Assembly: GCA_002269645.1 (NCBI GenBank)
Contig: NIVC01001410.1
Coordinates: forward strand, 62,001 to 126,000
DNA length: 64,000 nucleotides
Source: Macrostomum lignano
Taxonomy: Eukaryota
Direction of reading: 5' to 3'
This document shows positions 22,328-52,700 of the stretch, in pieces. Both the position numbers and the translations under genes were made by a program. The notes under the pieces are model-generated. The model ran no database searches, was not told where the DNA came from, and worked only from the letters and a program-made list of their open reading frames with translations. The number at the start of each line of letters is the position of its first letter. The stretch's first letter is position 1.

Positions 22328-24321
22328 ATGTGGCTCGTCATCGACCGACGGTGCTCGCTCCGCAAGCTGGCCGGAGCGCTGCTGCTCATCGCCGCGCTCA
22401 TCTCCACCCTGCTGCTCTCGGCGAGCTTCTGGACGGGGCTGATCTGGCTGCTGCCGGAACCGCTGCTGGCGCCGGCCGAGGCGCTCAGGATTGCCAGGAG
22501 TTACCCGCTGCCGCCTGCCAACCAGTCGTTGACGCTGGCCGAGATGCCGGTTGTGAAGCGAGTCCACTTCATGTACCGCGGGTACCGAATGAAGGAGCTG
22601 TTCAGAGTTCTGCTGGCGTCCTGGCGGTGAGTTGAATCTCTCCCTGACGCTTGTGGCGTCTTGTGACCTATGTGTATCATATGCAGTGAGAGATAAGACA
22701 GCGGCCATCAGTTACAATTGATCGCTTCATTTAGAATATTTTGCAATTAATAAATTTAATGTCAAGTTAAGGGTGACAATAGTGACTGCAATCGAAATAG
22801 TACGCGGTGCGCTTACAGAGACTATCATCCCTTTCAATACTTGCCGACCACGTTTTCATCGTTGATCACAGAAAGGTGTACCCGGACTACCAAATATACT
22901 TCTGGACGGACGATGAGATCGACCTGCTGGTTAGTCGGCGATACCCAGCCTGGCAGAACATGTACTACCGACAGCTGTCCAACTACATGGAGCGGTCGGA
23001 CACCGCCAGAGCCTTCGTGCTGCACGCCATGGGTGGCTGGTACGCCGATCTCGACACCGGCTGCCTGAGCCGGGCGGACGGGTACGCAGCCAGACACGCT
23101 TTGATCTTGCCGCTGGAGCCCTACCTGCACGCGCTGAACAACTTCCGTATGCGCCGGTTGGTGAGCAACGCCATCATGTACAGCGCTCCGGGGCACCCGT
23201 TCTGGATGTTCTACCTGCAGCGCCTGCGCGAATCGCTGGTCGGCAAGGAGCCGAGGCAGAGCACTATGCAAGCCGCGATGGTCACCGGCCCGGTGCTGCT
23301 GACCAACGTGGCGCTCACCTTTCAGCAGGTGCGCGGCAGTAAGCTCTCATTCTCTTCATAACCTGTGCAGGCGGCTCCATATTGGACAAAAAGTTTGAAT
23401 CCATGATATCCTAAGTAGCGAGCGTCAAAGTACCGAGGTTCGATTCTATTCGTGACCACATCAATTTCGGGCGATTTTCATCGTGCGACTTCCGCCAATG
23501 TGGGCCAATTTCTAAGGCACAGACAGTGTACATGACTGGCAAAGACAATGTCAGGGCTGCTGTACACTTGTGTGAGTGCTGCGCCTGTGTGTGCACCTCT
23601 GTGTGCGGTCTCAAAGTTCAGCAGAACGGACTGCTTGCATCCTCCTCGCTGACTCTGGACCCGCCAGTTGATTTGCATTGAATGATAACTTGCTAATATA
23701 GGTTGTCAGCGCAATTTTCTACGTTCGTTTCTTTAAAGCCGGGGATAGCACCACAACACGTCAGCGACATATTGTCGAGACAGTTGGTTCACTTTTCCAG
23801 ACCGACCTGCCTCATGCTGTCATTTTATAATGACTGTCCTCGATAAGAGCTACTGCGGAAGCTGCAGGCACCCTATCGGCGAAGGCGCATTCCAAATTTT
23901 TTTGGTGCCTTTGTCAATTATTCGTTATGTTTCAAACCGAAGCCACCAACCTCCGCAGGCGCACAGCGGAAAGGGCTGCCCCGGTCTCTGGTGCCCGCAC
24001 TTGGCCCCTCCGCAGCGATTTCTGCCCGTGTACGACAACAGCACGGTGGAAATGCGGCAGTCGTTTCGGCAGCTCTGTGACAGCGTCTTCGCCCTGCAGA
24101 TTGTTGGCTTCGCCGAGGAGTGCCGGCGGTTCGAGCCGCACGGCTACCGGAACTACCGATTGGACCCGGACCAGTCCTGCACCTTCCACGCCTTCCTGCA
24201 CCTGAACCAGCGGGCCAAAGACGCCGAACCCAAGGCCGACGTGCGCGACTGGGGCCTCGGCCTGGTCGTCGGGGATGAACTCGGGGCAGAAATTCGACAG
24301 CTGGGAATGGGGGACGGGTGA
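22328..24321 (+). CDS. GT32/SUR1-like DXD glycosyltransferase, paralog 2, 3 exons, about 372 aa
   Basis: Exons 22328-22626 (phase 2), 22872-23328 (phase 0) and 23959-24321. Same intron positions and phases and the same 457-nt exon 2 as paralog 1; GGWYADLD motif; N-terminal TM. Confidence 0.9.
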
Positions 24322-24503
24322 CTCACCTGCAGAAGGATTCCTATTGCTTCCATGTACTGCCGCTCCAGGTCTCAACTTACTGCTTCCATTGGAAATTTTG
24401 CCTGAATCCGATTGCCGCAAGCTTCTCATTTAGCAACTATTTGAAATACAATTCAAAGCATTTGTAAGCCAACGGCTTGCCTTGCAATGAGTGTCTTGCA
24501 ATT

Positions 24504-25453
<950 letters not shown>

Positions 25454-25859
25454 CAAAGATAATTAACGAATTGAGACTCAGCACAGGTATCAACCTGCTG
25501 CATCGCAAAGGTGTATTTTATACATGTGTAAAAGCACAATATACTGGCATTTAGGCATTTAAAGAAAAGCAAAGCATTCTGCTGACTGACATAACTTTGC
25601 CTGACGGAGGCGAGTTGCCCAGCTAAAATTGGAGCCGTTGATCTCAGTCGCTGCGTCGGTTCCATCGCTAATTATCTAATTATCTGCCCTCGAATTTACC
25701 TCTCACAGCCGTCTGGTTCGCGGCAGTCTGGCGAACTCGAATGGAGCACCAGTTGCTGAGGCGGTGCGGATGTCGAGAGTTGAGAGGCAATTTGCTCGCA
25801 AGGAAATTAGAGGGCGAGACAAGAGTTGCGAGGGCAGAAAGCGAGCAAAGGCAGATAAT

Positions 25860-26310
25860 GAATGGGGAAGATAGGAGAGGGGGGCGGGTAGGGAGAGACA
25901 GGTGAGTGATAGGGGAGAAAGTGAGATCGTGAAGAGAAGAGAGAGGGGGAAGGAAAGACGAGAGAGGAGAGAGGGGAGAAAGGAGAGGGAGGAGATGGGT
26001 AATAGAGAAGAGAGAGAGAAATGGAGAGAGGAGAGAGTGGAGAGGGGAGAGAGGAAAGAGGGGAGGAAGACAGAAGGGAGAAGGGAGAGGGAAGAAGGCA
26101 GAGGGGAGAAGGGAGAGGGAAGAAGGCAGAGGGGAGAAGGGAGGGGGAGAAGGTAGAGGGGAGAAGGCAGAGGGGAGAAGGGAGGGGAAGAAGGGAGGGG
26201 GAGAAGGGAGAGGGGAGAAGGTAGAGGGGAGAAGGGAGAGGGAAGAAAAGAGAGGGGAGAAGAGAGAGGGGAGAAGAGAGAGGGGAGAAGAGAGAGTGAA
26301 GAGAGAGGGA
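25860..26310. repeat. GA-rich low-complexity tract downstream of the GPCR stop
   Basis: Purine-rich strand. Confidence 0.9.
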
Positions 26311-26470
26311 AGGAGGGCAGTTGCAACTGCTCATTCAGTAAGAATAAAAGAAACGGGGCGAGAGGGACACAGAGTGAGCTGGGGGTAGAGGCAGAGACAG
26401 GTACTGGGAGGGAGACAAGGCGGCACATGCGGAGATCAAGTTCGCAGCCACATGGCAGCTGAATGCTCAG

Positions 26471-26728
26471 AGGCGGGTGGCTACACGGTGGTGGTGAGGT
26501 CAGGCGGGTGGCTGCACGGTGGTGGTGAGGTCAGGCGAGTGGCTGCACGGTGGTGGAGAGGTCAGGCGGGTGGCTACACGGTGGTGGTGAGGTCAGGCGG
26601 GTGGCTGCACGGTGGTGGTGAGGTCAGGCGGGTGGCTGCACGGTGGTGGTGAGGTCAGGCGGGTGGCTGCACGGTGGTGGGGAGGTCAGGCGGGTGGCTG
26701 CACGGTGGTGGGGAGGTCAGGCGGGTGG

Positions 26729-26755
<27 letters not shown>
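26471..26755 (-). repeat. Nine copies of a 31-nt unit encoding the GPCR C-terminus DLTTTV* on the minus strand
   Basis: Plus unit aggcgggtggct(a/g)cacggtggtggtgaggtc; reverse complement GAC CTC ACC ACC ACC GTG (TAG/CAG). Confidence 0.95.
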
Positions 26756-43673
<16,918 letters not shown>

Positions 43674-44354
43674 TGGCTGTCGTAGCGTTTTGGAACTGTT
43701 TAATTGTAGTCTGGACTCGAACTTGTCTGTCGTCTGTAGCAAACTCAGTTCGAAATTGAGACTCGAATTAGCGAGGGTGAGTAGCTCTCCCTAGCTGTGC
43801 AGTCAGCTATATACTCTGCTGTACACTCGAGCTCTTATCTTTCCAATGCGGCCCGGGCTTAAGCAGCATTGGCTGAGAGGCAATGCGAGTTAAAGAGAGA
43901 CGGGAAAGTCCATTGACAGAGGGACCGGGCAGCCACAGATATCTGTTAGCATTATGTAGCAATTTTTGATCAGCTCGAAAAGAACATGAATTGCTACGAT
44001 TAATTAAAATAATCTCAGGTAGAGTCGCTGCGCATTTTCTGGTGCAGTTTTGCTTAACTGCATGCTTAATTAGTACAGCATTTTGAGCGCCGACGTCGGA
44101 GTTGAGCGCCGACGCGAGCGAAACCGGCGAGGCCGGCAACGTGGCGCCGCGCGCCGAGCTTCTGTCATCTCCCTTCTCTTCTCTCCCCTCTCTCCTCTCT
44201 CCTCTCTTCTCTCACCTCTCTCATCTACCCTCTCACCTCTCCCTTCTCTCCTCTCCCCTCTCTTCTCTCCATCTCCCCTCCTTCCTCTTTCCTCTCTCCT
44301 CTTCACCTCCCCTCTCCCCTCTTCCACTCCTGCACCCCCACGCACCCCCACTCC

Positions 44355-46527
44355 TGCACTTCAGGAGGTGTCTATCAGAGCAGAGCCTGGACTTCACTGT
44401 GAGGACCTGGGCTCCGGTTGGACACTCTGGTACACCTCAGCAGATCAACGAGGCCGTGGAGGAGTTGGAGCACTGATCGGCTCAAGACTGCAGCAGAGCT
44501 ATCGCTGCTCTTCCTTGTCCCCCCGGATGCTTCAGGTGCCGAGTCCGCGGATGTGAGCGCCGCAGTACGAGCCGCCGCGGAACAAGCGGTCCCGTTGATG
44601 CGACCGGCCCAGCGTGGGCAGCCGGTCTGGCAGGACGACCCCGCGATTCAGCAAGCGAGGGAAGATCTGGAGAGGCTCCGTCTGAGCAGGCGACCTACTC
44701 GCGAGGCGGAGGAGGCTCTGGCGACTGTCTATCTGCAGCGGCAGCGGGCCGCAGTTGATGAAGTTGTCCAGGCCGTCTCTGCCGCTGGACCCGACGCCAG
44801 AGGGCGCGTGGCCTGGTCCGCCATTAATGCTCTGACAGGGCGGAAGCGGCGCATCCAACTGAATCTGGCAGGCGAAACTGCGGATGAGCGCAGGAACGAG
44901 CTGCACGAGTTCTTCGCCGCCATAGTCAACGCACCGCCACCCCCGCTGCCCAACATCCTGACGCTGCCGCCAGAGACGCCGTTGCCGTCAGAGGACAGTT
45001 TTAACGTTGCACCAGTCACCATGGCTGAAGTCGTAATGCTCGCCCAGAAGACGCCGGGCGGCAAGGCGCTGGGTCCGGACGAGGTGCCCATCGAGGCGCT
45101 GAGCATCCACTGTGTGGCCAGTGAGGTCGCCCGTGTGATGAACCGCGTGCTCTCCGGTGAAATGGCACCCACCGAGTGGACCATGGCGCACATCATCACC
45201 ATTCCAAAAAAGCCGGGTACTACACGGCTAGACGAGCACCCAGGCATCTGCCTGCAATCCTGTGCTGCGAGGTTGTTCAACGGGATGCTGCTATCGCGGT
45301 TGCAACCCGTGCTGGATCCTTACCTGCGACCTGAGCAGAACGGGTTTCGGCCCCACCGTGGCACAGTGCCGCAGATCCTAGCTTTTCGCCGAATCATCGA
45401 GGAGGCGCGCGCGCGCCAGTTGGATCTGATTGTTGTCTTCATTGACTTCATGAAGGCATTCGACTCGGTTGCGAAGGCAGCGCTCCCACATGTGCTCCGT
45501 GCGTACCATGTACCAGAACAGCTACGTGAGCAGCTGTGATGACGCCGGACTGCCTGTCGGACTCCTTAGAGACATCCTCCGGGGTGCTCCAGGGGGACAC
45601 TCTAGCGTCGTTCCTGTTCGTCCTGGTGCTTGACTGGGTGCTACGAACTGCTCTTCCTACCGACGAAGACGGCTTCCTACTGCGGCGACGCGTGGGTCGA
45701 CGTCAACCGGAGAAACGGCTCATCGTGCTTGGCTACGCCGATGACCTCGCCCTGTTGTCCTCGACAGTAGAGGGTGCCCAGCGCCAGCTGGACAAGCTGG
45801 TTAGCGCTGCAGCGAGCGTCGGCCTGGTGGTCAACACTAAGAAGACCGTTGTGCTCTGCGTGCCGGACGACATCGAGGCCGCAATTTTTTGCCGAGGCGC
45901 TGGCGGGCAGGTAACGGAGTTTCCGCGCTGTCAGCAATTCGTCTAGCAGGTCTGGTTCCTGACGTCCGCGAAGATCTGCGGCGTCGCCGCGGGCTCGCTT
46001 GGGCTGCCTTTCGCTCTGTGAGGGTGGTACTGCAGTCCGAGGCCCTGGCTGACCGCCAGAGGGCGGCGCTGTTCCAGGCGGTAGTCGAGACCGTCCTGCT
46101 GTACAACGCCGAGACCTGGACGCTGACGGATTCGCTCGAACAGCAAGTCAACGCGGCGCACGCTGGCCTGCTGCGCGCCGCCTTTAAGATCAGCGATGAG
46201 CGGATCACTAACGCGGCACTCTATCGCCGCGCCGGCCTGGCCCGTCCAAGTGAACTGCTGCGACTTCGGCGACTCCAGCTGACAGGCCACATCATCCGCA
46301 CCGAGTCCTACTGCCCGCAGCCGGTGCAGGAGGTGCTGCTGCTAACCCTGCAGGCACCCTACCGGCGCGGCCAGGCCCGAACTCGGCGTTTCGTCGACTG
46401 CCTGCTGGCCGACGCTGGCGCCCCGGACTCTGCCGGCGGTGCGGCCTTTGTTCGCGCCCAGGCTCTGAAGCGGGCCCTGTGACGCTGCTTTTTTCCACCT
46501 GACAGCGTACTTGTTGTTGTTGTTGTT
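44355..46527 (+). mobile_element. Decayed RTE-like LINE, copy B (APE fragment, RT, (TTG)n tail)
   Basis: LQEV...GRGGVGALI (APE), KALGPDEVP, EQNGFRPHRGT, FIDFMKAFDSV, GVLQGDTLASFLF, GYADDL, LLYNAETWTLT; tail ttgttgttg at about 46511-46527. Internal deletions and frameshifts. Confidence 0.92.
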
Positions 46528-46644
46528 AATTAGTAGATTCGTTGTTTTAGGCATGGGGAAGCCCTGCAGGGTCATGCGCTTCAGTATAAGAGCTATTTCT
46601 TGCAGCTCTCCATGTTTCCCTGTGGCTCACAGACCCTTGCCAGC

Positions 46645-46915
46645 CCTGCTGCCTCTCAGCTTCAGGCTGTCTGCATCTCAGCTTCAGGTTGCCTCTGTCT
46701 AAGCTTCAGGTTGCTTCTGTCTCAGCTTCAGGTTGCCTGCATCGCAGCTTCAGGTTGCCTGTATCTCGGCTTCAAGTTGCCTGTATCTCAGCTTCAAGTT
46801 GCCTGTATCTCGGCTTCAAGTTGCCTGTATCTCAGCTTCAAGTTGCCTGTATCTCGGCTTCAAGTTGCCTGTATCTCAGCTTCAAGTTGTCTATATCTCA
46901 GCTTCAGGTTGCCTC
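46645..46915. repeat. 22-nt minisatellite gttgcctgtatctcagcttcaa
   Basis: Read directly. Confidence 0.9.
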
Positions 46916-47404
46916 ATTTTCATTTCATTTCTCATTTTCAGTGTCCCTGTATCATGGTTTAGCACAGCTACACCCGTTGACTGGCATATTAATTTCACAC
47001 ATGCATTCGTACTTGTAGACAGGCGCCCTGGATACCAGAGGCGTACCTACATGTATTCAGCGATAAAATAATGATAACTACAAAATCGAAGCCAACTAAT
47101 TTTTATGGAGAAAACAATTTATATAAATATCTTTGACAGTATGTCAGTGATTATTTCGCAATTTATTGAGCCGAGCTACTCACAAGTAGTGCATCGTGCA
47201 GTCAAGAAAAAATAGACGCAAAATAAGCGGGATTACAGTCTGATATTTTGCAGCAACAAGTCTATCAAAATATGAGAAAAACACGGCCGAGCTCGCAGAG
47301 CCAACTGTGAATGAAGTTATGAACAAAGCTTTATGGCCTATTGATTGAATACTGCTGTGCATCTTGTACAGTGCACAGGTCTGGCAGATGCAGTAAGTTA
47401 GAAA

Positions 47405-47950
<546 letters not shown>

Positions 47951-47963
47951 GGCATTCTCAGGC

Positions 47964-49683
47964 TCATTTGCCGCCAGTCCTGAGCATGCCGTAGAGGCCG
48001 CAGCCGGCCAGCTGGGCGCAGAACTCAACCACCTGTCTCTCCAGCGCCCGGTCCTTCTGGCTGGAGCCGGAGCGCTGCGTGCCGCGGTGCTCCAGAACCA
48101 GCGCCAGGTGCAGGCGCGGCTCCGCGTAGCCGATGCAGTAGGAACGGCGCAGCTTGTCGTCGGAGAAGAACCGCACGCGGACTTCGCCTGCGGAGGGGCC
48201 GCCGCTGCCCCAGTTCTCCGAGGCCACCTGCAGGCAGTCGCGTAGGCGAGTTGTGAAATTTATTGAAAAATTGACAATCGCTTCGATTTTTTCTAAGAAA
48301 CCGGAACCGATTGTTTAAATTACCAATAAAGAGTTAGCCAACAGAACGAGATCATAAATGATTCTAACCCAGTTCTAAGTTATCCCAACTCAGTTCAAAG
48401 TTATCCCAACTCAATTCAAAGTTATCCCAACTCAAATCAAAGTTATCCCAACTCAATTCAAAGTTATCCCAATTTAACTCAAAGTTATTCCAACTCAGTT
48501 CAAAGTTATCCTAACCGAATTCAAAGGTATCCTAACTCAATTCAAATTCATCTCAACCCAATTCAAAGTTATCCCAACTCAACTCAAAGTTATCCCAACT
48601 CAATTCAAATTTATCCCAACTCAATTCAAATTTATCCCAACTCAATTCAAAGTTATACCAACTTAACTCAAAGTATCTCAACTCAACTCAAAGTTATCCC
48701 AACTCAATTCAAAGTTATCCCAATTTAACTCAAAGTTATCCCAACCCGTTCGAATTTATCCCAAACCAGTTCAAAGATATCCCAACTCAGTTCAAAGTTA
48801 TCCCAACTCAGTTCAAAGTTATCCCAACTCAAACCAATATTATCCTAACCCAGCCAAACGCATTAAAATCCCCATTAAAAGGCAAACCGCACTCCCGCAC
48901 CGTCATCAGGATGTTGGTCATGTCCCCTGGCCCGGCTGCCGGTCCCACAGCAGATGAGGAGGCGGCAGCGCCAGCCGCAGCAGCGGAGGCGGGCGGGGCG
49001 GATTCCGCAGGCGGGAAGGCGAAGATGACGGGGTAGCCGTCCTTGCCGACTGGCCGCTCGCCCATCAGGCCTGGCAGGTAGTAGCCGTGGCCCAGGTACG
49101 GCTCCGACTGGGCAGTGGCGTTGAAAATCAGCAGCGAGGCCACGCAGTCGGTGCGCTTGTGCAGCTGGATCAGCTTCATCAGCAGGTCCTCCGGGTCCTG
49201 GCGCTGCTGGGCCATGCGGACCATCTCCTGCTGCTGGCCACTGGGACTCTGCTGGGCCAGCACGCTGCAGAAGCACAGGGTGTACTTTGACAGCAGGTGG
49301 GAATAAAGCCGGTGAAACCAGTGCAGCAGGTTGGGCTGGCCGGCCTTGTGCAGCTTCTGCGGGTTTTTGCGGAGCGCAGGCGGCTGAACTACTTTAAGTA
49401 GCTTAGTATATATATCTTATATTTACTCGTATATGTCAGTCTTTCTCTGCCTAGCTGCCTTAGTGTCTGTCTGCCTGTCTTAGTGTCCGCCTTAGTCTGT
49501 CTGGCTGCCTTAGTGTCTGTCTGCCTGTCTTAGTGTCCGCCTTAGTGTGTCTGCCTGTCTTAGTGTCCGCCTTAGTGTCTGTCTGCCTGTCTTAGTGTCC
49601 ACCTTAGTGTCTGTCTGCCTGTCTTAGTGTCCGCCTTAGTGTCTGTCTGCCTGTCTTAGTGTCCACCTTAGTGTCTGTCTGCC

Positions 49684-49720
<37 letters not shown>

Positions 49721-49763
49721 GAGTGTCTTTCTGTCTGTCTGTCTGTATATCTGTCGGTCTGTC

Positions 49764-49794
<31 letters not shown>

Positions 49795-52700
49795 GAGTGT
49801 CTTTCTGTCTGTCTGTCTGTATATCTGTCGGTCTGTCTCTGTCTGTCGGTCTGTCTGTCTGTCTGAGTGTCTTTCTGTCTGTCTGTCTGTATATCTGTCG
49901 GTCTGTCTCTGTCTGTCTGTCTGTCTGTCTGTCTGAGTGTCTTTCTGTCTGTCTGTCTGTCTGTATATCTGTCGGTCTGTCTCTGTCTGTCGGTCTGTCG
50001 GTCTGTCTTAGTGTCTGCCTGTCTCTGTCTGTCCATCATAGTGTCCGCCTGTCTGCCCTTAAAACTTCCGTATTTTGACTGCGACAGCATTTATGAGTGG
50101 TTAAAATTAGTCAAAATTTCAACACACAAGAACAGAAATGATGAATAATAAAACAAAGGTCACCAAAAATGTGTACGGGACGGATGGAGTCAATCAGATG
50201 CAGCAGGTGCGGGGATCTGACGGGCCATAAACAAACAATAATTATCGTCAATCATAACTTAATTATAATTAATTATAATGCTTGAAGTCTAGCTTAAAAT
50301 AAATATCACTCAGTATAGAAATCAATGTATTGAAATTTGAAAACTGAAATATCTGCATGCATTCCTGATCGGTAAAAACTATTCAACAGGTAGCGGGACA
50401 AAGCTAAAAGCTAATGGCGTAATGCCTGGAAATAAAACTCAACTCCTCCACCAAATTAAAAAACGCCGCAAGCACTCACAAAGGTTCGCTCCATCTGCAA
50501 AATATTTCGAAATTCCAATCAGCTTTACGCGTGATATGCAGTCTGATTAGCAAGTTTATATACACTTTGGCATTCTTGAAGTGTGGTTACAATTTGCATT
50601 CTGCTCTGAACCGATCGGCAGATGCACTTGGCAGTGCTATGAGACCATTTTGGTAAATAAATTATAGAAATTGTGAGCAACAAAATTATGATTTTTCATC
50701 AGGTGCGGTCTGCACTGCAGATGGAAAATTTATTAACAGAAACTCTGCATCGTAACTATGATTGACATCTTGCGGATTTCGTTGATCTGGTCTGATAATC
50801 CAGCATCCTTCATCATTCAATCCACCCCAGAATCCTTCATCATTCAGTCTGCCCCGGCATCCTTCATCATTCAATCTGTTACAGCATCCTTCATCATACA
50901 GTCTGCCCCAGCATCCTTCATCATTTAATCTGCCCCAGCATCCTTCATCATTCAATCTGTCCCAGCATCCTTCATCATTTAATCTGCTACAGCATCCTTC
51001 ATCATTTAATCTGCCCCAGCATCCTTCATCATTCAATCCGCTACAGCATCCTTCATCATTCAATCCGCCCCAGAATCCTTCATCTTTCAGTCTGCCCAAG
51101 CATCCTTCATCATTCAATCCGCCCCCAGAATCCTTCATCATTCAGTCTGCCCAAGTCTCCTTCATCATTCAATCTGCCCCAGCATCCTTCGTCATTTAAT
51201 CTGCTACAGCATCCTTCATCATTCAATCTGCCCCAGCATCCTTCATCATTCAATCTGTCCCAGCATCCTTCATCATTCAATCTGTCCCAGCATCCTTCAT
51301 CATTCAATCCGCTACAGCATCCTTCATCATTCAATCCGCCCCAGAATCCTTCATCTTTCAGTCTGCCCAAGCATCCTTCATCATTCAATCCGCCCCCAGA
51401 ATCCTTCATCATTCAGTCTGCCCAAGTCTCCTTCATCATTCAATCTGCCCCAGCATCCTTCGTCATTTAATCTGCTACAGCATCCTTCATCATTCAATCT
51501 GCCCCAGCATCCTTCATCATTCAATCTGTCCCAGCATCCTTCATCATTCAATCTGTCCCAGCATCCTTCATCATTTAATCTGCTACAGCATCCTTCATCA
51601 TTTAATCTGCCCCAGCATCCTTCATCATTCAATCCGCTACAGCATCCTTCATCATTCAATCCGCCCCAGAATCCTTCATCTTTCAGTCTGCCCAAGTCTC
51701 CTTCATCATTCAATCTGCCCCAGCATCCTTCATCATTCAATCCGCCCCCAGAATCCTTCATCATTCAGTCTGCCCAAGTATCCTTCATCATTCAATCTGC
51801 CCCAGCATCCTTCGTCATTTAATCTGCTACAGCACCCTTCATCATTCATCTGCTACAGCATCCTTCATCATTCAATCTGCCCCAGCATCCTTCATCATGG
51901 CCGGACATTGCGTTCTAAGGCCGCAAAAAGGATCACAAGGTGCAGTGCGACACTACACAGGAGCGCTGTCTGATGGTGCAAGTTTGCCAAATTTTAAATT
52001 CACAACTTTGTGCTTCGTACATTGAGATTTCAAACTGAAATAAAAAACAAATTAACAAAAAAGTTAACGCAAACCTTTGGCTTGTCCATTGTGTCCAGGT
52101 GCTGAAAGTTAAAGACAATTTTTAACAAAGAACACATCTTGGGCGTGCATTCAATTATGCAATTGCAGGGCAGGTCAGTGTGAATGTGAAAGAAGAAAAA
52201 GATTTTCGGCATAATGGCAAAAGCAAATAATGTTAAATATTATTTGCATTTACTAGTTAACTAAAGTTTAGGGAAAACACTAGAGAATTTACGCAGTGGG
52301 AACTGTGGGGTGAAAAGGACTCAGTGAGTGGATGAAGAGGACTCAGTGAGTAGATGAAGAGGACTCAGTGAGTAGATGAAGAGGACTCAGTGAGTAGATG
52401 AAGAGGACTCAGTGAGTAGATGAAGAGGACTCAGTGAGTAGATGAAGAGGACTCAGTGAGGGATGAAGAGGACTCAGTGAGTAGATGAAGAGGACTCAGT
52501 GAGGGATGAAGAGGACTCAGTGAGGGATGAAGAGGACTCAGTGAGTGGATGAAGGTGACTCAGTGGGGGATGAAGGTGACTCAGGGAGTTGATCAAGGTG
52601 ACTCAGTGGGGGATGAAGAGGACTCAGTGAGTAGATGAAGAGGACTCAGTGAGGGATGAAGAGGACTCAGTGAGTAGATGAAGAGGACTCAGTGAGGGAT

